From a virus (Duplodnaviria > Caudoviricetes): a DNA stretch of 36,214 bases. The stretch covers positions 1-36,214 of IMG/VR virus record IMGVR_UViG_3300021964_000211. One strand, given 5' to 3'. Below are positions 1 through 7,225 of the stretch, in pieces. Each line of letters starts with the position of its first letter. The stretch's first letter is position 1. Both the position numbers and the translations under genes were made by a program. The notes below the pieces were generated by a model. The model was given only the letters and a program-made list of their open reading frames with translations, searched no databases and was not told the DNA's origin.

Positions 1-51
1 TATATTAAAGAATTTGTACATCACAATACTGGGACGAGAGATGGAGAATGA
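1..51 (+). CDS. 3' end of an upstream gene, cut by the window edge; possibly the exonuclease that usually precedes gp33 in cyanomyophages
   Basis: Frame 1 is open from base 1 (YIKEFVHHNTGTRDGE) to TGA at 49-51, overlapping the gp33 start. The identity rests on remembered synteny only. Confidence 0.4.
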   Translation, partial: YIKEFVHHNTGTRDGE

Positions 52-298
52 TCTAGAAAAGGTCCTAGAGAAAAAGTTTTACTGCCCATCTAGGTTCACT
101 CAAGAAATTGAGAATGTTGTTTTAGACAACCCTGAGATGTCGTACATTGATGCGGTAGTATTTTTCTGCGAGAAGAATAATATTGACGTTGAATCTGTAT
201 CAAAACTAATCTCTAAACCTTTGAAGGAAAAAATTAAGGGTGAAGCAATGGAACTTAATTTTCTAAAACGAAGTTCACGAGCCAAATTGCCTATTTGA
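41..298 (+). CDS. gp33: Late promoter transcription co-activator, T4 gp33-like
   Basis: Motifs F..EIE..V, SYIDAVV.FCE.N.ID.E.V.KLIS..LKEKI..EA..LN.L; lies directly before gp59. ATG at 41 is preferred over the TTG at 14. Confidence 0.9.
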   Translation: MENDLEKVLEKKFYCPSRFTQEIENVVLDNPEMSYIDAVVFFCEKNNIDVESVSKLISKPLKEKIKGEAMELNFLKRSSRAKLPI

Positions 299-312
299 TT
301 TCATTTTTGTCT

Positions 313-352
313 GAAAAAAATTCCGGCAAAAATTTGACCCTGTTACTTTTTC
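313..352 (+). repeat. Intergenic motif copy 1: A-tract followed by CCGGCAAAAATTTGACCCTGTTA, upstream of gp59
   Basis: Positions 323-345 match 22544-22566 at 21 of 23 nt. Confidence 0.8.
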
Positions 353-952
353 ATGATGCCTTTTGATGCCTACAAACAATACCTCTCTCTGAAAAATCAC
401 TTTACAAAAGAGAAGTATGATTACCACAAGTATTGTGGTAAAAGTCGTGCGACTGTACAATCCTTTTATAAAAGAAAAGATCGCTTCTGGTTTGAGAAAC
501 TTGCAAGAAATAAATCAGATCAAGAGGTAATTGAATTTTTTGTATCTAATTTTATCACTTGCACTGATCCAGGTAAGCTTTGGATAGGAGAAATGATACG
601 CGAAGGTGAGTGTCGATACACTGATTGGAAGAAGAGAACCCAGTCCCTCTCTTATCTGTTCAGAGAAGAGATCGAACGTATATTCACTGGTAAGTTTGAT
701 GCTATGTTTGCAAAGGATGGAACACGTCATCCAGAAATTCTCAAAACATATTTGAGAGGTGAAGTATCTATCGAGACTATGATTATTCTTGATAAGATAC
801 TTGGATATCGAATTGACTTTGATCAACATCTATCAGATCCAGTGTGGGAAACCGTAAGTTTGAGAATTAGAAAATATTCTTCCTTCCTACATATAGATGT
901 ATTTCGTTATAAAAAAATTCTGAAAGAGATTGTTCTAGGAGAAGTTAAATGA
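353..952 (+). CDS. gp59: Helicase loader, T4 gp59-like
   Basis: Y..YL.LK.HFT...YDY.KY.GK......SF.KRKD..FEKLA N-terminus and the IS.ET..ILD.IL motif; gp33-gp59-gp32 synteny. Confidence 0.92.
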   Translation: MMPFDAYKQYLSLKNHFTKEKYDYHKYCGKSRATVQSFYKRKDRFWFEKLARNKSDQEVIEFFVSNFITCTDPGKLWIGEMIREGECRYTDWKKRTQSLSYLFREEIERIFTGKFDAMFAKDGTRHPEILKTYLRGEVSIETMIILDKILGYRIDFDQHLSDPVWETVSLRIRKYSSFLHIDVFRYKKILKEIVLGEVK

Positions 953-1293
953 GTTTCTTTGATTCTGAATTTGTTCGTTCTGAGATGGTTGAAATTTCAG
1001 AGTTGCAAGAAGATGTTTATGGTAACGTTTTTAAGTTTCCATCAATGAGTAATGCTGAAAAGGTTCGGCATGTTGAGTTGTTGGAGAAATTGTTGTCTAA
1101 ACAACAAACTCTTTATACTCGACTAAGTTTGTCTGAAGATCCTCAAGCAATCGAAATGAAACGACGCATCACTGAATCGGCAGTCGCTATGGGAATGCCG
1201 AAAGACGTAGACATGAGTGTTATCTTTAGCAACATGAACAGTCTCTTAATCACTATGCGTCAGCAGATTGACAATACAGACCTAGACCTGTAG
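949..1293 (+). CDS. Conserved cyanophage hypothetical protein (DUF1825-like)
   Basis: MSFFDSE.VR.E..EI..LQ start and ...RLSLS.DP.A motif; ATGA overlap with gp59. Confidence 0.75.
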   Translation: MSFFDSEFVRSEMVEISELQEDVYGNVFKFPSMSNAEKVRHVELLEKLLSKQQTLYTRLSLSEDPQAIEMKRRITESAVAMGMPKDVDMSVIFSNMNSLLITMRQQIDNTDLDL

Positions 1294-1296
1294 AAT
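1268..1296 (+). promoter_or_regulatory. Sigma70-type early promoter for gp32
   Basis: TTGACA (1268-1273), 17-nt spacer, TAGAAT (1291-1296). Confidence 0.8.
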
Positions 1297-1339
1297 AACG
1301 AAGTCCACAAAAACCAAATCTAACAAATCTAAAAATCCT

Positions 1340-2278
1340 ATGTCTTTTGCGAATCTTAAAAAGCAATCTACTCTTGGTTCTCTGACTGCTAAACTTGTCA
1401 AAGAAGTTGAGAAACAAAACAACTCTGGCGGCGGTGGAGATGATCGCCTTTGGAAACCAGAAATGGATAAGACTGGTAATGGCTACGCTGTAATCCGCTT
1501 CTTGCCTGCTCCTGATGGTGAAGACCTTCCTTGGGTAAAACTATACGCTCACGCTTTCCAGGGACCTGGTGGATGGTATATTGAGAACTCCCTGACCACT
1601 ACTGGTGGCAAAGATCCTGTCTCTGAGTATAACCGTGAACTCTGGAACAGTGGTATCGATGCAGACAAAGATACTGTCCGTAAGCAGAAGCGTAAACTAT
1701 CCTTCTATGCCAACATCTATGTTGTGCAGGACAAAGCAAATCCTCAGAACGAAGGTAAAGTCTTCCTGTATAAGTTTGGCAAGAAGATCTTTGATAAAGT
1801 CATGGAAGCAATGCAACCCGAGTATGAAGATGAGACTGCAATCAATCCCTTCGACTTCTGGCAGGGTGCAAACTTCAAACTGAAGTTGAAGAAGGTTGCA
1901 GGTTATTGGAACTATGATTCTTCAGAGTTTGCAGCACCATCTCCTCTTCTTGATGATGACGATGCCCTTGAGGCACTGTGGAAGAAGCAATATTCACTGC
2001 AGGCACTGGTCGCTGCCGATCAGTTCAAGTCATATGATGATCTTGATAAGCGTCTGAAGATGGTTCTGGGGCAGAAACCTGCCAACCGTCGTTTTGACGA
2101 AGAGACTGACAATGAGGATAATGATCGTGGTTCTTATGCCCCCGACTTCTCCTCCCGTCAAGAGTCTAAGCCCATCCCCCCTAATCTGAAGGAAGAACTC
2201 AGCAACCTGAGTCCTACCAAGACTGATGAAGATGAGGATGATGCTCTCTCCTACTTCCAAAAACTTGCTGAGGAGTGA
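1340..2278 (+). CDS. gp32: Single-stranded DNA-binding protein, T4 gp32-like
   Basis: DDRLWKPE.DK.GNGYAVIRFLPA, GGWYIENS, YKFGKKIFDK, F.GANFKLK, NYD.SEF motifs and an acidic C-terminal tail. Confidence 0.97.
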   Translation: MSFANLKKQSTLGSLTAKLVKEVEKQNNSGGGGDDRLWKPEMDKTGNGYAVIRFLPAPDGEDLPWVKLYAHAFQGPGGWYIENSLTTTGGKDPVSEYNRELWNSGIDADKDTVRKQKRKLSFYANIYVVQDKANPQNEGKVFLYKFGKKIFDKVMEAMQPEYEDETAINPFDFWQGANFKLKLKKVAGYWNYDSSEFAAPSPLLDDDDALEALWKKQYSLQALVAADQFKSYDDLDKRLKMVLGQKPANRRFDEETDNEDNDRGSYAPDFSSRQESKPIPPNLKEELSNLSPTKTDEDEDDALSYFQKLAEE

Positions 2279-2292
2279 AGTATAATCAAATC

Positions 2293-2318
2293 TGCCTCAC
2301 TTTATTAGTTGTGGCAGC
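2293..2318. terminator. Imperfect hairpin at the convergent gp32/gp53 junction; possible terminator
   Basis: CTGCC(TC)AC...GTGGCAG bulged stem with no clear U-tract. Confidence 0.3.
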
Positions 2319-2335
2319 ATATTTCAATCTGTTGT

Positions 2336-2998
2336 TTAAGTAGTAAGTCTAATATTATCCGACGACTTCAAGGTTCCGCTGATGTAATCAGAGGAACCTT
2401 TTTTGTATTCCATTGTAGATTCAATATCGTCAAGAATGATTGGAAGATATCTTGGTTTGATTAGACTGATGTTTCTTTTTGCTTCCTCTATTTTTTCTTC
2501 ATATTCTTTATTTGATACCTCTATAGTGAAGTCCCCAGTATTCACTTCAATTCTCCCAAAAGCATCATAGTAAGTATATTTTGATCCCGATTCAATAGTC
2601 AAACCTTTAGGGACAATTACAACACCCTGACTGTTTGATACTTCTCTGGTTTCGTAGTGATGTGTAGAGTTCAAGTTTTCATAAGAACCATACTTATCGA
2701 TAAGATATGAATCAAATGCAAATTGTGGCATCGGCCATTCTGTTTGAATGTTTATGATATTGTTTGAAATTAAAACTAACCAATCAAGTTGTGGATCACC
2801 ATATATTTGATTGGCAACATTATCTGGACGATCATCTCCACGTATAGTATATTTTTCAAAGACAGTTGCTTCTTGAAAAATATCTTCTCTTAATTTAATT
2901 CTTCTGGAAAGATTTTTGACCTTTGTATAGTCTCCGATCTTTGCGCCAGAGTTTCTATCAACGTAGTTGAAGTTTGGAACGTAATTGAAATAACCCAT
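2336..2998 (-). CDS. gp53: Baseplate wedge protein, T4 gp53-like (LysM-like fold)
   Basis: YF..PN..Y start, Y.I..DDRPD.VA..YGD..LDWLVL..NNI....EWP and HHYET motifs. Confidence 0.9.
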   Translation of the reverse strand: MGYFNYVPNFNYVDRNSGAKIGDYTKVKNLSRRIKLREDIFQEATVFEKYTIRGDDRPDNVANQIYGDPQLDWLVLISNNIINIQTEWPMPQFAFDSYLIDKYGSYENLNSTHHYETREVSNSQGVVIVPKGLTIESGSKYTYYDAFGRIEVNTGDFTIEVSNKEYEEKIEEAKRNISLIKPRYLPIILDDIESTMEYKKGSSDYISGTLKSSDNIRLTT

Positions 2999-2999
2999 T

Positions 3000-4511
3000 T
3001 TAGAAACCTATTGATGTCTCGCCATTTTTACCACCACCTTCATAATCACTATCAAATACTGGTTCAAGTTCTGAGAATGACATAGTTACTTGATACGCAG
3101 CCATTGAACCACTGTAATATGTTGCATAGTTACCGTCAGGTGCATATTGAACTGCTAATCCTGTCAGAGCACACTCTTTAAATTTATTCAAGTAAGGATG
3201 GTCTTCATTTTTATGTTGATAACTTAGGAAGAATGTGTGCGGAGATTTGATGAATAGGAATTCATTTGCTTTCTTTGCACTCATACCTTGTTTCAAGGTT
3301 CTGATGATATTTCTTATTTCCTTTGCTTCATCATCACTTCTGGGTGCGAATTTATATGTAAAAGTAAATTGTCTGAGGGTAGGACCATCGAATAACAACT
3401 CAGCATTGGTATTAAGAACAGCACCAAGATTTCTTTTCAATGGATCTACATTAGCAAGGTTCTCAACAATCTTAGAACCGGCCGCAGTCTTCAAACCTTG
3501 AGTATTATTTGCGACGGCTGCACTTGTGCTATCTACTGAACTTTTGAATGTTTCTCCAGTTCCCATTGCACTTAAGGCCGTGTCAGCAAGAATAGAAGAT
3601 AACATACCCATATCCCCCTTAGACCAATTAGCAGTATTATTATCTGCGATTCCGCCAGGGATTGGAAGGAAAATTGTAGATAAAATTTCTCTACTACCTG
3701 CAGCTGCATTATTAGATCTTGAAGCTAATGCAAATGATCCACCTTGAGCACCAAGACCTCTTGGTTTATATTCAACCATTTGAATCTTCAGATAATCTTG
3801 AAATTCATCTAGAAGTGTTGTGGGATATCTCATATTCGTCTTATATTTATCCCTTTGTTGAACCCCCTCCAGGCTTTTTGGAAGACCAATCTTTGGATTA
3901 TCATCTTCGGTTGAATCAGTATTTGAGGCCTCACCATTTTCTGTATCTTGCGTTGCTTGTTCCGCAGCTTTTCTTTGTTCTTTTAGTTCTTTATTTGAAA
4001 CTGGATCTTTAACTTCTGTATTCTTAACTGATACTAATCCAGGTTTTTCTTTAAGTGCTTCTACATCTGCTGATGTCACTCCAGCCTTAACAAGTTCTGG
4101 ATCTTTTGAAGTTGAAAGTTCTGTTGCAATTTCCAGGTTTCTTGCTTTCCCAGACTGGGTGATCTGTTTTAGTTGTTCTTTTCCTTTTGAATTATCTGAT
4201 CCAAAATATGAATCAAATATGGATTTATTTTCTTCACTTGGTGACCAACCATCTTCATTACTAGGACTCCATGTTCCAATCAACTTATCTCCACCACCCA
4301 AAAATCCATAGGTTTCATACATTTGCATCTCACCAGTCTTTGCATCGGTGACAAGTCTAATACTTCCTTTATCTATCTTTGGAGGTAGATCGAAGTCTTC
4401 CCTGTTAATTCTTTTCTGTTGGTTGTGAAGTATAGCAGAATACTCCGAGAGTGGTGCCTTCTCTGATCCTTTTACGTCCCTCTGTGGTTTCCAACCTTCT
4501 GGAATAGGCAT
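3000..4511 (-). CDS. gp48: Baseplate tail-tube cap, T4 gp48-like, with a long N-terminal extension
   Basis: I.LP.P..I.D.N...W, N.N.ELLF.GP.LR.F.F..KF.PRS..EA..I..II..LK, C.LT...V.Y.PDG.Y and M.F.ELEP motifs. Confidence 0.88.
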   Translation of the reverse strand: MPIPEGWKPQRDVKGSEKAPLSEYSAILHNQQKRINREDFDLPPKIDKGSIRLVTDAKTGEMQMYETYGFLGGGDKLIGTWSPSNEDGWSPSEENKSIFDSYFGSDNSKGKEQLKQITQSGKARNLEIATELSTSKDPELVKAGVTSADVEALKEKPGLVSVKNTEVKDPVSNKELKEQRKAAEQATQDTENGEASNTDSTEDDNPKIGLPKSLEGVQQRDKYKTNMRYPTTLLDEFQDYLKIQMVEYKPRGLGAQGGSFALASRSNNAAAGSREILSTIFLPIPGGIADNNTANWSKGDMGMLSSILADTALSAMGTGETFKSSVDSTSAAVANNTQGLKTAAGSKIVENLANVDPLKRNLGAVLNTNAELLFDGPTLRQFTFTYKFAPRSDDEAKEIRNIIRTLKQGMSAKKANEFLFIKSPHTFFLSYQHKNEDHPYLNKFKECALTGLAVQYAPDGNYATYYSGSMAAYQVTMSFSELEPVFDSDYEGGGKNGETSIGF

Positions 4512-4521
4512 TTTATGTTTT

Positions 4522-4908
4522 TTAGTTATTTATGAGGTAATTTGCATAAGGCAAGGATCTCATTGTTTTCAACTCCATAGTATTTACGGGATGAAACTTA
4601 CCAACAACTTCTCCCCATCCATAGTTTCTAAATGATCCCCAGTGATAATTGATACCACGAAACCCCCAAGCAAATACTTCTGTTATTGCTATTAATGGAT
4701 ATTGGTCATACCGTATGTTTGGAGTTGTTGGACTATAAACAAAAGTATAATAACTACCAACTTCAGGAACTAATTCTTCAGAAAAAGTTTCCATAATCAA
4801 TTCCATAATATCATCAGGACTTTCATTACCAATTAAGTTTTTCTTAATAGAAAGACCTTTATCTATACCACTACTTTGTTGTCTTTGCTTGATTGTCTTC
4901 CTTGGCAT
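4522..4908 (-). CDS. gp2: DNA end protector-like protein, short gp2-like
   Basis: G.YY.F.Y.P.T....YD.YPLI......GFRG.N.H motif; lies between gp4 and gp48. Confidence 0.65.
   Translation of the reverse strand: MPRKTIKQRQQSSGIDKGLSIKKNLIGNESPDDIMELIMETFSEELVPEVGSYYTFVYSPTTPNIRYDQYPLIAITEVFAWGFRGINYHWGSFRNYGWGEVVGKFHPVNTMELKTMRSLPYANYLINN
4527..4533 (-). promoter_or_regulatory. T4-type late promoter upstream of gp48
   Basis: ATAAATA on the minus strand, about 15 nt before the gp48 ATG. Confidence 0.6.
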
Positions 4909-5351
4909 TACTTAATACCTAGTTCGTCTTCTGTTATAATTTTAAATTCAATTCTTCTGTCATCACAAAATTCTTGAGCAGCCTTCCACTTTGCTTGGTT
5001 CTTTGCATACTCAGTTGCCTCATAGATATATGACTTTGTTTGTCTCTTTGGCGTTTTTGGTGGACGTGTTTGCTTTTTAGGTTTAACTTCAATTACATAT
5101 GTCTTAACTCTACCAGAATTTTCTTTTAGTTTAACAAGGAAGTCTGGAAAATACTTATGAACTCTATTATCTATAGGTGATAGATATGGAATTGAAAATT
5201 CTTCGCTGCCCCATTGAAGAACATTTTCATTCAGATCACACCAGCGGCACATCTTGCGTTCCCAACTACTACGGCATATAATGTTGTTGACATTGCCTTT
5301 GTATTTGTTTGGGAATTCTGGATAGTATCTACTTTTATATGTTTCCCCCAT
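4908..5351 (-). CDS. gp4: Head completion protein, T4 gp4-like (TnsA-like nuclease fold)
   Basis: P..P.KYKG....I..RSSWER..C.WCD.N..V..WGSEE..IPY.SP.D...H.YFPDF, IEVKPKKQ and NQAKW.AA motifs. Confidence 0.93.
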   Translation of the reverse strand: MGETYKSRYYPEFPNKYKGNVNNIICRSSWERKMCRWCDLNENVLQWGSEEFSIPYLSPIDNRVHKYFPDFLVKLKENSGRVKTYVIEVKPKKQTRPPKTPKRQTKSYIYEATEYAKNQAKWKAAQEFCDDRRIEFKIITEDELGIK

Positions 5352-5382
5352 TATCTCTGCTACATAATATATAACGTAAATC

Positions 5383-5390
5383 TATTTATA
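5383..5390 (-). promoter_or_regulatory. T4 late promoter, perfect TATAAATA, driving the gp4-gp2-gp48-gp53 block
   Basis: TATTTATA on the + strand reads TATAAATA on the minus strand; it lies in the 40-bp divergent gap. Confidence 0.8.
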
Positions 5391-5391
5391 G

Positions 5392-6300
5392 ATGACATTC
5401 GCACCAGGGCCAAAGAGGAGATCGTTATCTGACATTAAATCCAATTTGATGCGACCTGCGACGACTTCACATTTTGATGTTCATATTAGAGAACCCGCAG
5501 GAACAAGCGGATATACTTGGAATAATTTTAAAACAGATAATGGGTTAATTGGTTTTGATCAAAACTTTTTACATCTATGTTGTTCTGAGACTGTTTTACC
5601 AGGATCATCTCTGGCAACTACAGAAATTAATAATGACTTTACCGGTGTAACAGAGAGACACGCATATCGTAGATTATTTGATGATCGTATTGATCTGACT
5701 TTCTATGTCATGCAAGATCAATCCTTGCCTACCCCTAATAGTATTATGGGTGCGAAGTCTTACATTGAAAAATTCTTTCCTAAACCATCTCCAAACAGTT
5801 ACTTACCTATCAGGTTCTTTGAGGCTTGGATAAAATATATTGCTATGGAGTCTCAGACAGGTGATAACAGTGTTGCTCAATCAAACATGTCATACAGAAT
5901 GAGATTCCCCAATGAGTATTATGGTGGAATAGCAATTACAAAATATGAGAGAGATTACAATAATAATGTATTGAGGTATAATTTTGTAAATGCATATCCA
6001 ATCTCTGTTTCATCAATGCCAGTGACTTATGATTCATCCGATCTTTTGAAATGTACAGTATCATTCTCTTATGTAAGATACTTTATTGATACAGTTTCTG
6101 GATCAAAGACTGATCCTATGCTTGCCCAATTGTTTGGATCACTAGATCCGCTCTCCGCAGCTGACATTCAGAATTCATTCTTGAATCCACCAAAGTTTGA
6201 TACTGGAGTTAAATACGGAGACTTCAATTTTGATACTCCAACGGGAGCCTTTGATACATCTCTTACTTCAAATCTCGAAGGCTTTCCAACAACCTTCTAA
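5392..6300 (+). CDS. Tail-tube-fold protein (gp19/gp54-like baseplate tube initiator)
   Basis: LCCSE..LPG.S..T, R.FDD.IDLTFYV, FFE.W...I and Y.F.NAYP.SV.S.PV.Y......C.V.F.Y motifs, typical of the T4 gp19/48/54 fold. Confidence 0.75.
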   Translation: MTFAPGPKRRSLSDIKSNLMRPATTSHFDVHIREPAGTSGYTWNNFKTDNGLIGFDQNFLHLCCSETVLPGSSLATTEINNDFTGVTERHAYRRLFDDRIDLTFYVMQDQSLPTPNSIMGAKSYIEKFFPKPSPNSYLPIRFFEAWIKYIAMESQTGDNSVAQSNMSYRMRFPNEYYGGIAITKYERDYNNNVLRYNFVNAYPISVSSMPVTYDSSDLLKCTVSFSYVRYFIDTVSGSKTDPMLAQLFGSLDPLSAADIQNSFLNPPKFDTGVKYGDFNFDTPTGAFDTSLTSNLEGFPTTF

Positions 6301-6303
6301 ATA
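6297..6303 (+). promoter_or_regulatory. Late promoter CTAAATA upstream of gp26
   Basis: Overlaps the TAA stop of the preceding gene, about 20 nt before the ATG. Confidence 0.6.
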
Positions 6304-6323
6304 ATCATACTGAATAAGTTATT

Positions 6324-7043
6324 ATGCCTTTACCAAAGATTTCTACACCAACTTATGAACTTGAGTTGCCATCTACAGGAGAAAAAGTTAAGTACAGACC
6401 TTTCTTAGTAAAAGAAGAAAAGGTTCTTGTAATTGCATTGGAGAGTGAAGACTCAAAGCAAATCACGACAGCGATCAAAACAGTTATCAAAAACTGTATT
6501 TTGACTAAAGGTATCAAGGTAGAGCAACTGCCTACATTTGATATTGAATATCTCTTCTTGAATATTCGCGGTAAGTCTGTCGGAGAAGTGATTGAAGTTA
6601 ATATAGTTTGTCCTGATGATGAAAAGACTCCAGTCAAGATCCAAATCAATCTGGATGATATTCAAGTTCAAAAGAATGATGAACATACTAACAAGATCAA
6701 ACTTGACGATAGCATCATGATGCAGATGAAGTATCCTTCACTGGATGAGTTCATCAAGAACAACTTTGATTTGGAAACTGGCAATCAAATGGATCAATCT
6801 TTTGAATTGATTGCTTCAGGTATTGATACTATCTTCACTTCTGATGAAGTTTGGGTTGCTGCTGACTGTACTAAAAAGGAAATTAGAGATTTCATTGATT
6901 CCATGAATTCTTCTCAGTTCCAACAGATTGAAAATTTTTATGCTACTATGCCAAAACTTTCTCATACTGTTAATGTAATAAATCCTGAAACTAAAGTTGA
7001 GAGTGAGGTTGTGCTTGAGGGATTAGCAAGTTTTTTCGGGTAG
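6324..7043 (+). CDS. gp26: Baseplate hub assembly protein/chaperone, gp26-like
   Basis: MPLPKI.TPTYEL.LPS.G..VKYRPFLVKEEK.L, L..FDIEYLFLNIRGKSVGE and F...MPKL motifs; ends in EGLASFFG. Confidence 0.9.
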   Translation: MPLPKISTPTYELELPSTGEKVKYRPFLVKEEKVLVIALESEDSKQITTAIKTVIKNCILTKGIKVEQLPTFDIEYLFLNIRGKSVGEVIEVNIVCPDDEKTPVKIQINLDDIQVQKNDEHTNKIKLDDSIMMQMKYPSLDEFIKNNFDLETGNQMDQSFELIASGIDTIFTSDEVWVAADCTKKEIRDFIDSMNSSQFQQIENFYATMPKLSHTVNVINPETKVESEVVLEGLASFFG

Positions 7044-7065
7044 GTCTAAGTCATATGGACTTAGA
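7017..7065 (+). promoter_or_regulatory. Candidate -1 programmed ribosomal frameshift signal (gp26 to gp51)
   Basis: GAGG at 7017-7020; in-frame heptamer T_TTT_TTC at 7031-7037; 7-nt spacer; stem TCTAAGTC (7045-7052) pairing with GACTTAGA (7058-7065). The -1 frame runs without a stop into gp51. Confidence 0.7.
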
Positions 7066-7225
7066 GTCATACTTTAGATTAAACTTTGCCTTAATGCAGT
7101 ATCATAAATACTCATTAACAGAAATAGAAAATATGATGCCTTGGGAACGTGACATCTATGTTGCGTTACTCCAACAACACCTTGAAGAAGAAAAATTAAA
7201 ACAACAGCAAGCAAATGGCATCTGA
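7055..7225 (+). CDS. gp51: Baseplate hub assembly catalyst, cyanophage gp51-like (56 aa; absent from the ORF track)
   Basis: Manual translation MDLESYFRLNFALMQYHKYSLTEIENMMPWERDIYVALLQQHLEEEKLKQQQANGI, carrying the NF.LMQ.HKYSL.EIENM.PWER motif. Confidence 0.85.
   Translation: MDLESYFRLNFALMQYHKYSLTEIENMMPWERDIYVALLQQHLEEEKLKQQQANGI

Noticed and set aside
14-40. TTG start for gp33 given in the ORF track
   Set aside because: It lies inside the upstream gene's tail; ATG 41 follows a purine-rich GAGAG and gives a typical gp33 length.
4908-5351. TnsA-like nuclease motif suggesting a transposon or homing endonuclease
   Set aside because: This fold is intrinsic to T4 gp4, which is in its normal context; no terminal repeats or transposase were seen.
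7041-7049. TAG read-through or amber recoding as the link between gp26 and gp51
   Set aside because: An in-frame TAA follows one codon later and gp51 is in the -1 frame; genes elsewhere are intact under the standard code.
7053-7071. H-type pseudoknot between loop TATG and downstream CATA at the frameshift site
   Set aside because: Only 4 bp, and a 2-nt linker would have to span an 8-bp stem, which is sterically unlikely; treated as a simple hairpin.
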